64,000 bases of DNA, taken from an uncultured delta proteobacterium (GTDB lineage Bacteria; Myxococcota; Myxococcia; Myxococcales; Anaeromyxobacteraceae). The notes under the pieces were generated by a model. That model made no database searches, was not told the origin of the DNA, and saw only the letters and a program-made list of their open reading frames with translations. Where the stretch lies: the NCBI GenBank assembly GCA_963845515.1, contig CAWJSR010000055.1, positions 32,001 to 96,000 on the forward strand. The letters are read 5' to 3'. Both the position numbers and the translations under genes were made by a program. This document shows positions 59,101 to 64,000 of this stretch, in pieces. Numbering within the stretch: position 1 is the stretch's first letter; the number at the start of each line of letters is the position of its first letter.

Positions 59101-60936
59101 GAAGGTCGTGAAGCTCGGAGCGTCCGAGGCGGGGTTGGTGATCGTGGAGTACGGGGTCGTCTGGGTGCAGGCGCTCGTGTTCTCGAGCGTGAGCGTCCCG
59201 ATCAGCGCCGCGGAGCCCGCCGGCATCGTCACGGTGATGCTGCTCGGCGTGACCGTACCGGTGTTAGTCACGAGCGTGAACGCGTCCAACGCGACCTCGG
59301 CGCCGCCCGGGGCGAGCGTCGTCACCGCCTCTCCGGTGGAGGCGTTGGCGAGGGTGATCTGTCCCGAGATCGCAGGGGTGATCGGCCCGACCGTGGCCGA
59401 CGGCACCGAGCTGTTGAGCCGCGAGTCCCTCGCGAACGCCTCGAAGTAGTACGCGGTCCCGTTGGTCAGGCCGGTGGCGGTGCAGGTCCTGGCTCCAGGC
59501 GCGGCGAGACACGCGACGAACGAGGTGCCGATCGTCTGCCCTACCGTGTTGTAGTCGGTCCCCTCGGCCGGAACGTCCACCGGTGCCGCGGTCGCCCTGC
59601 CAAGCACGACCACTTCGCCGCCCGCGGTGAAGTCCGCGTCGGCCGGCTCACCGGTCCAGCTCACGACCACCTGCCCACTGCCTGCCGTGCCGGAGAGCCC
59701 CGTGGGCGCCCCTGGCGACAGGTTGTCGATCGTCCTGGCGGCGCTGACGGTGTCGGTGCCGCTCATCGTGTAGCCCGTCGCGGCGACCGCCGTGATCTGG
59801 CCGGTGACCGCCACCTGCGTGCCGGGCGGCACCGCCATGGCGGGGTGCGTCTTCGGCGTCACGCAGACCCACAGGTTGGACGCGGTCGTGCCGAGCGTGA
59901 GGCCGGTGAACGTCGTGAAGCTCGGAGCGTCCGAGGCCGGGTTGGTGATCGTGGAGTACGGGGTCGCCTGGGTGCAGGCGCTCGTGTTCTCGAGCGTGAG
60001 CGTCCCGATCAGCGCCGCGGAGCCCGCCGGCATCGTCACGGTGATGCTGCTCGGCGTGACCGTGCCCGCGCTGGTCGCCAGCGTGAAGGCATCGAGAGCC
60101 ACCTCGGCTCCGCCCGGGGGGAGCGTCGTCGCCGCCTCGCCCGTCGTCGCGTTGGCGAGGTTGAGGGTGTTGGAGGGGGCCAGGGTCTCGGTGACGGTGA
60201 TCGTGCTCTGGGTGGTGGTGCTGTTGTTGATGTAGATGCGAGCTTGATCCCCCAGAGCATTCGGCCGAACCCAGGCCTCCAGCACCAACCGATGACCTGC
60301 GGCGACGGCGCCACCGGTCCCAGTCCACGACCCGATCGCGGTTCGCGTCTGGGTCGTAGGTAGGGCCACGGCGGCAGACGTGAACAGCACGACCCCGTTG
60401 CCCGCAGCACCGGCCGGATCGAAGTCGACGAGCTTGAACTGGATCTGGTCGGTGGTCGCCGTTCCCCGAACGTAGATGTTGGCCGATGGAGCGGTGATCG
60501 TCTGCGCCGAAGCGTAATTCGACGGCAGATAGATCCTGGCGAACTGCGTCCAGGTCAGAGCCGGGTCGGTGCTCAGGCTCCGGAAGTTCGCAGCGTTGGC
60601 GGCCTGGGCTGCCGTCTGGAGAAGGGTTCGGTGGTTGTTCGCGCCGCCGGTCAGCGCGGTGGCGGGAACGTTCGTGGATCCTTCGTTGGTGCTGATGAGG
60701 GTGCCCGTGTCCTGCCAGAGGTTGTAGGTCACGGTCGCCGCCCCCGCCCTCGCCGCGCCCAGCGCGAGCACCGCGACCCCCACCGCTCCCAGCCACCGCG
60801 CAGCTCGGCCCCCGGCGCCCGCCTCCGACGATCGGCGCCCGGCGTGCCGGCCGCGAGTCCGCGCCAGGTCGTCCCCTGAACGGGGAGAGGAGTCACCGAC
60901 CGTGGTGTGGAATACGCCCATCGCAGCCTCCGACAA
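53176..60936 (-). CDS. Giant secreted multiheme cytochrome (about 2580 aa; 28 CxxCH + 5 CX3-4CH) with N-terminal Ig/FN3 repeats and inserted CBM5/12 modules
   Basis: Intact ORF. Signal peptide ending ARAGA (ATG 60921 is the likely start). About 900-aa heme-free Thr-rich N-terminus with FN3 signatures (PTGLSGTAG..V..SW, TGLTNGTAYYF). 33 heme motifs by hand count. Confidence 0.93.
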   Translation of the reverse strand: MSEAAMGVFHTTVGDSSPRSGDDLARTRGRHAGRRSSEAGAGGRAARWLGAVGVAVLALGAARAGAATVTYNLWQDTGTLISTNEGSTNVPATALTGGANNHRTLLQTAAQAANAANFRSLSTDPALTWTQFARIYLPSNYASAQTITAPSANIYVRGTATTDQIQFKLVDFDPAGAAGNGVVLFTSAAVALPTTQTRTAIGSWTGTGGAVAAGHRLVLEAWVRPNALGDQARIYINNSTTTQSTITVTETLAPSNTLNLANATTGEAATTLPPGGAEVALDAFTLATSAGTVTPSSITVTMPAGSAALIGTLTLENTSACTQATPYSTITNPASDAPSFTTFTGLTLGTTASNLWVCVTPKTHPAMAVPPGTQVAVTGQITAVAATGYTMSGTDTVSAARTIDNLSPGAPTGLSGTAGSGQVVVSWTGEPADADFTAGGEVVVLGRATAAPVDVPAEGTDYNTVGQTIGTSFVACLAAPGARTCTATGLTNGTAYYFEAFARDSRLNSSVPSATVGPITPAISGQITLANASTGEAVTTLAPGGAEVALDAFTLVTNTGTVTPSSITVTMPAGSAALIGTLTLENTSACTQTTPYSTITNPASDAPSFTTFTGLTLSTTASNLWVCVTPKTHAAMAVPPGTQVAVTGRITAVAATGYTLSGTDTVSAARTIDNLSTGAPTGLSGTAGNSQVSLAWTAEPSDADFTTGGEVVVLGKIGSAPTDKPVEGTDYNAAGPSQTIGTSFVACLAPPGAKACTAGGLTSGSSYYFVAFARDASLNNSIASASAGPYVPSSFIGDGDPTPDSVRPVVSIINPMNGAVLTLPAKVQIRAFSPTGGGVFSPAETVYLTINGGAGILLNATAKSANYGPAAGTSGVWMHTIPAGAYAAGSTVTLRAYASNSIGGGPVYSGTLTVKISTARGDGNLLVRDNSSQLCSDCHAGVMTHSSESTGSKYGSWAATCRDCHTPHTTTNLALVKTQIKPPELTGPTTPQTVTFLNKNGFVANSFAQPGTGAGNTGVCEVCHTRTAVYQADGIPAAETHGTGNCGACHKHTKGLGASCTACHGDATETRTAAAGADSKFQAAPPIVSAAPNPVPNVFVTNGGEHLKHVTLATYRSAPLLCNDCHTGASHQTTPTVQIGYSAIAKGTMLDASMVPLAGNLASTWTGTAPTHASANCTNWCHGDGLAGGGRGLAWNWATAQATTCSSCHGQATGPVAMPNLTNAHHPQNAACANCHGAGYATTGLTSPAIGTHIDGTVQHGTGCRACHGVIQPAGTTPVALNTDPAAAPGFDATAVDGKGNTARTFVGVGAHIKHVNAGLFMSGKCAQCHAIPVDGTITHADGALAWSWTAIAGVTPSYTAGTCTNYCHSNAAPLGGTVQTQSTISWTSTTTPMGCTTCHQTAVFGGTGLSTRHQKHVAGTVGNYSYTCDECHAPTMANNSSGTIGTVGKHVDAVKDVDFSTTAIAATIDQSGGAYAGSPGYTCTSTYCHSGGVATASPFSATASAAIAWNSASATTCQTCHGFTSTAPPTIGVAAGSSFQGSPAHMNHVANASVIGTNYVCGACHQNTVAAATDSPISAGGLANHVNGVKDVSIAPRGARVTTQTYVSPSCVTTYCHSSGQRTATFVSAAWNSAAWLNKCNGCHGTGVGNTTGAPDYANGGINNAASNSHAKHVGASTDCAKCHSGLVDAAGTAIVGSSHTNGSIEASIATGLRGSNFAYVAGTAAPASATCAGITCHGNNATAVVWGGPAQTCSSCHGTTGVEVDDLGANFWNNGVAATINTTEWTYSGHGKASLTYDVTGNPAANFLTTPTAGTSECMFCHDSDASHYTPTNPFRLRGVTNAIGVSAPYDTSTTELANATCLNCHSATANGVDPDGAVTAYAKKVATLKSPSVHGGGKHTIDTLGGKFCWDCHDPHGDRPNNTTNNVAMLGKSVTAVSDGTYGYVGAAGVTRAVTYNSEAASPPAVGKAVEGAGTGTQRVGVCQACHAATNDTLLAGTAWTKYWNRLGYDDTDGVGGAAPVSSVHNSGSTTVPYCISCHTHATGFGGECTGCHATTQTITKGPLAGTRSRRDVVTEFRQTWSHKASTNATPANRTVSNADCAVCHMEANSPADATPSSLHGNGYLNLRDPDLGTEIQGVTFAGTPGAFTSTGSTVTGFGGFSRDLAVRFEADPSFAALAAIQANQCLKCHDSDGALSPLAQVPTSLMPNAAPWKPFGTTIAGNGYLASAALTACLGAPPAWSATVTYSYGMWVNVTGAYYEATNLTANLNKPPASSPTYWTAAAAYAATTTYPSGDWVTVGGIFYRSLQSGNLNNAPASSPAWWQVQNPIDGCVTNVAASFATSNSSYHPIMGKQNNSYAANTRMAVPWNMTKTTGNNTSWGYLMSCWDCHALPTDSGIITKTITAHGGTDTIRGTAFGSGASNPSTQSATLCIKCHAQYDTLSASNHGAGSAFSNSGNSGMTNALKNGCSMCHGGFWSGTVGTTQVRPLRAEDVHGFDALPAGGNVGTRKTRWLGTATGTPVTVNTRPYAFIRNTYVIGQHSPKSAVVGGATVVYSPGCSNPTTQAASNCGSMGGYTVGGVY
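58554..60167 (-). repeat. Tandem duplication of 807 bp (269 aa; Ig-like + FN3)
   Basis: 58934-59282 is nearly identical to 59741-60089 (VTPSSITVTMPAGSAALIGTLTLENTSACTQ...NLWVCVTPKTH..VSAARTIDNLS). Confidence 0.92.
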
Positions 60937-60955
60937 GACCTGAGAGTGAAAATCG

Positions 60956-61004
60956 CCGAAGAAATGACCGTGGCCGCCCTCGGGCGGCCACGGGATTCGT
61001 CGGC
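60956..61004 (-). terminator. Strong intergenic hairpin; possible terminator/attenuator or processing site
   Basis: Perfect inverted repeat CCGTGGCCGCCC-TC-GGGCGGCCACGG (60968-60993) with extendable flanks, followed on the minus strand by TCATTTCTT. Confidence 0.55.
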
Positions 61005-61048
61005 AGGTCTGGTGGAGGTGCGCTTGCGGGCGCGCTACGCCGATCGGG

Positions 61049-62143
61049 CTACCGGACGTCGTTGGTCAGCGAGTTGGAGTCGGCGTTGTGTGGAGCGTGG
61101 CAGGTGGTGCAGCCGACCTTCCCTTCGACCAGCGAAAGCTTGTTGGAGGGAAACTGTTCGGTCGCCTCACCCTGCGCCGAGCCGTCGGCGTCGAGAGGAT
61201 CCGCCGCGTCGTAACCCTTGCCGTTCTCTCCGAGCGCCTGGTTCACGGGGTGGCTGAAGTAATTCGTTCCGTCGGCCGGGTAGGAGCCGTTACCGCCCTC
61301 GACGGTCGTGTGATTCATGTTCCGGTCCGCGTGGCAGTCCAGGCACATCGCGTCGCCGACGTTCGAGACACGCAGGTTTGGATAGGAGACGAAGAACTGC
61401 CAGGTGGCGCCGACGCTCGGAGTGGAGGTCATCCTCACCAGGACGTTCTCATCTTGAGGGAGCGGCCTGTCGTTGGCCGGCGTGTTCCCTACGGTGAACG
61501 ATATCGTCGTCCACGTAGGCGTAGCCATCCAGAAGTCGTCCGAGACCCTGAGTGAACCAGCCCCCATGACCTCCAGCTGATAGGTCTTCATGAGCGGGAA
61601 GTCCAACGCGTAGAGTGACGTGACCGTCAGGCCCCCCGTTTCCGGCGGGTTCATCGGTGCCTGCTGCACACCCACCGGATAGGAGGAGAACGCCGACTGC
61701 GGCGCGAACGTGTCCTGAATCCGCATGCCCGTCGCATCCTTCTTCCCGTGGACGTCGTGGCAGACGGAACACTGGAGGTTTCCGGAGTCGAGATACGATG
61801 CCATCTCCGGGTTCGTCGGAGCGTTGACACCCGGCGAGCCGCTCCACTTGTGGTGAATGCCGGCCGAGCCCGGAACCGCCTGGGATCCCGTCGACGACCA
61901 GTCGGGTTTGAAGAAGTTGTTTTCGGCCCTCAGAACGCCGTCGTGGCAGGTGAGGCAGGCTTCGTTATTGGTGGGCCAATTTGTGAACGTCCCTCCCACC
62001 GGAACGTGGAGCCTATGGCAGGTCTGGCAATCAGCGGGACTTCCGGAGAAGGATCCGTCGTGCGGCGCGTCGAGCGCGGCCGACGGACCGGCCCAGCAGA
62101 GAACCGTTACCGCCGCCAGGACGAGGAGCTTGAGGGTGCGCAT
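61049..62143 (-). CDS. Pentaheme c-type cytochrome with inserted beta-rich domain (paralog of 34246..35406)
   Basis: Signal peptide MRTLKLLVLAAV. CQTCH, CLTCH, CSVCH, CLDCH, CTTCH. FSHPVN. HNADSNSL. Confidence 0.9.
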   Translation of the reverse strand: MRTLKLLVLAAVTVLCWAGPSAALDAPHDGSFSGSPADCQTCHRLHVPVGGTFTNWPTNNEACLTCHDGVLRAENNFFKPDWSSTGSQAVPGSAGIHHKWSGSPGVNAPTNPEMASYLDSGNLQCSVCHDVHGKKDATGMRIQDTFAPQSAFSSYPVGVQQAPMNPPETGGLTVTSLYALDFPLMKTYQLEVMGAGSLRVSDDFWMATPTWTTISFTVGNTPANDRPLPQDENVLVRMTSTPSVGATWQFFVSYPNLRVSNVGDAMCLDCHADRNMNHTTVEGGNGSYPADGTNYFSHPVNQALGENGKGYDAADPLDADGSAQGEATEQFPSNKLSLVEGKVGCTTCHAPHNADSNSLTNDVR

Positions 62144-62160
62144 GTCAGTTCCCTTTGGCA

Positions 62161-64000
62161 CTACTGAACGGAGACCGTGACGGCGTACGGCGCGCTGCGG
62201 ACCGACCCGTCGTCGACGACCAGCTCGAACCGGTAGGTGCCGGCGGCCGGCGCCCGGAAGACCGCTGCGGCGCTGGCGCCGTCGAGGGCCACCCAGGGAC
62301 CGGCTACCTGTGTCCAGCGGTAACGAGTGCACCCCGTGCTGGCGCGGCCGTCGAGGATGACCAGCTCACCCACCAGAGCATCGGTCGGCGCAGTAGCGGA
62401 CGCGACGGGGAGCACCTTGCCGGGTGCAACCACGTCGAGCCGGACGATCGCGGGAGCGCCGACTGCACCGCTGCCGTCCGTGACGGTCAGCTCGAAGGCG
62501 AACGCGCCGGTGGCGAACGGAACGACCGTGGGGGTGGCGGAGTCGGCACCCGAGAGACCGGCCGCCGGCCCTGCGACCTGGCGCCATTGGTACGTGAGCG
62601 CGGAGCCGGTGCTGGCGGAGCCGTCGAGCGTGAGGGCGGTGTTGACCGTGCCGGTCGCCGGGCCCGACGCGACCGCGGCGGGCGGTGTCGCGCTCGCCGC
62701 GAGGACTGCCACCCGGGCTGGCGGCGAGCGGAGCGCGCCGTTCCAGGCGGTGACCTCGAAGACGTAGACTCCGGGAGCAGGCGGGGTGAACGACGGAGCC
62801 GCGACGCCCGGAAGCTCGGTCGTGCCGTCGACGTGCAGCCAGGAGAAGGTGACGCCCTGCGGCAGGCTCGCGCTCGCGTCGAGCGTCACGGGGACGCCGA
62901 CCGTGGCGGTCACGACGGGGCTGGCGACGATGACCGTCGGCAGCTGATCGTCAACCACGACGACGCCGAGGGTCTCGACGCCGGCGAGGCCGGCCGGGTC
63001 GATGGCGGTCAACTGGAAGGCGTAGTAGCCGGCAGCGCTGGGCCGGACCGTGAGGCTCGGGCCGCGCGCCACGACGGAGGTGGCAGGCCCGGCGACCTGC
63101 TCCCAGGCGTAGGTGAGCGCGTCGCCGTTGGCGTCACTCGAGAACGAGCCGGAGAGCGTCACGGTGCGCCCCGGCGAGGTGACGACGTCGGCCCCCGCGT
63201 CGGCGACCGGAGCGACGTTGAGCACCTTGACCTCGGCGACCGCTGGGGCGCTGGAGGCGGTCCCACACCTCGCGATCCCCTCGAAGCGATACGTGCCGGC
63301 CTTGCGGGCTATGAACGACGGCGTGAAGGTCGTGGCGTTGCGGAGCGTGACCGCGGTGCCGGAGAGCTGGCGCCAGGCGGCGACGCAGGTCCCCGTGCCG
63401 GTGCCGGTCGCGCTGATGGTGGCGAGCCCCGGGGGAACCTCGACCGGGCCGCCGACCACGCACTGCGGGCGGTGATCGCCGCCGTCCATCGGGTTGAAGC
63501 CGGCCAGCTTCTCGGCGCGGTCGTCGTAGCCATCGCCGTCGGTGTCGGCCTTGGTCGGATCGGTGCCGAGCGCGTACTCCTCGATGTTGTTCAGGCCATC
63601 CCCGTCTGGATCGGACAGCGCATCGCTCGCGTCGTTCGGGTCGAGGCGGTGCGCCAGCTCCCAGGCGTCGGGGAGCCCGTCGCAGTCTGCGTCGCCCGCG
63701 CAGGTCGGGAGAGCGGCACCCGTCCCGAAGCGGTCCACCCGGTTGAAGAAGGAGTTGCAGACTGCGAGGTCGCCGTTGGCCATGAACGCGAGGCCGCGCG
63801 GCTGCAGCAGGTAGCTGTCCACGTCCCCCGCGCTACCGATGGTTCCCACCGGCACCCCGGTGGAAGTGATCACCTGGACGGTGGAGGCGTACGCGTCGCT
63901 CACGAAGACCCGCCCGCCGGGGCCGACGGCAAGGCCGCCGGTGTCGACCACCTGACCAAGCGCGCTTCCGGACGTAAGCATCGAGCGGAGCCAGGTCGCC
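62161..64000 (-). CDS. NHL + TSP3-like + PKD/K319L Ig-repeat surface protein (5' truncated; paralog of 35409..37895)
   Basis: QPRGLAFMANGDL..RVDRFG.G..LP.C.GD.DCDG, DPDGDGLNNIEEYALGTDP..DTDGDG, NVAPVADAG PKD repeats, C-terminal VDDGSVRSAP. Confidence 0.88.
   Translation of the reverse strand, partial: ATWLRSMLTSGSALGQVVDTGGLAVGPGGRVFVSDAYASTVQVITSTGVPVGTIGSAGDVDSYLLQPRGLAFMANGDLAVCNSFFNRVDRFGTGAALPTCAGDADCDGLPDAWELAHRLDPNDASDALSDPDGDGLNNIEEYALGTDPTKADTDGDGYDDRAEKLAGFNPMDGGDHRPQCVVGGPVEVPPGLATISATGTGTGTCVAAWRQLSGTAVTLRNATTFTPSFIARKAGTYRFEGIARCGTASSAPAVAEVKVLNVAPVADAGADVVTSPGRTVTLSGSFSSDANGDALTYAWEQVAGPATSVVARGPSLTVRPSAAGYYAFQLTAIDPAGLAGVETLGVVVVDDQLPTVIVASPVVTATVGVPVTLDASASLPQGVTFSWLHVDGTTELPGVAAPSFTPPAPGVYVFEVTAWNGALRSPPARVAVLAASATPPAAVASGPATGTVNTALTLDGSASTGSALTYQWRQVAGPAAGLSGADSATPTVVPFATGAFAFELTVTDGSGAVGAPAIVRLDVVAPGKVLPVASATAPTDALVGELVILDGRASTGCTRYRWTQVAGPWVALDGASAAAVFRAPAAGTYRFELVVDDGSVRSAPYAVTVSVQ

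Overview
Very GC-rich bacterial DNA. Gene content and style suggest Anaeromyxobacter/Myxococcota or a related deltaproteobacterium (inference). Almost the whole window is an extracellular multiheme-cytochrome island. (1) 1-6 kb, + strand: outer-membrane beta-barrel, NHL-repeat lipoprotein, 12-heme cytochrome, second NHL lipoprotein, and an OmcE-family tetraheme (nanowire-type) cytochrome with its own sigma54-type promoter and terminator. (2) 6-18 kb: protein-glycosylation block with four TMTC-like GT-C/TPR enzymes, a methyltransferase-GT2 fusion, a methyltransferase and further GT-C-like membrane proteins. (3) Two paralogous minus-strand cassettes, each NHL/TSP3/PKD surface protein -> pentaheme cytochrome -> giant CxxCH/CX3-4CH cytochrome -> its own ResB/ResC heme-attachment genes. 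My hand counts are about 33 and about 80 heme motifs for the two giant proteins. (4) Between the cassettes: three B12-binding radical SAM enzymes (one strongly BchE-like), a LuxE-like acyl-protein synthetase, a YfhO-type GT-C, a CHAP hydrolase, a beta-propeller lipoprotein and a VapBC pair. Many genes carry 1-bp indels, probably long-read errors, so several coordinates are reconstructions across frames. No rRNA, tRNA, CRISPR array or transposase was recognised. All homology calls are from motif recognition and memory; no searches were run.
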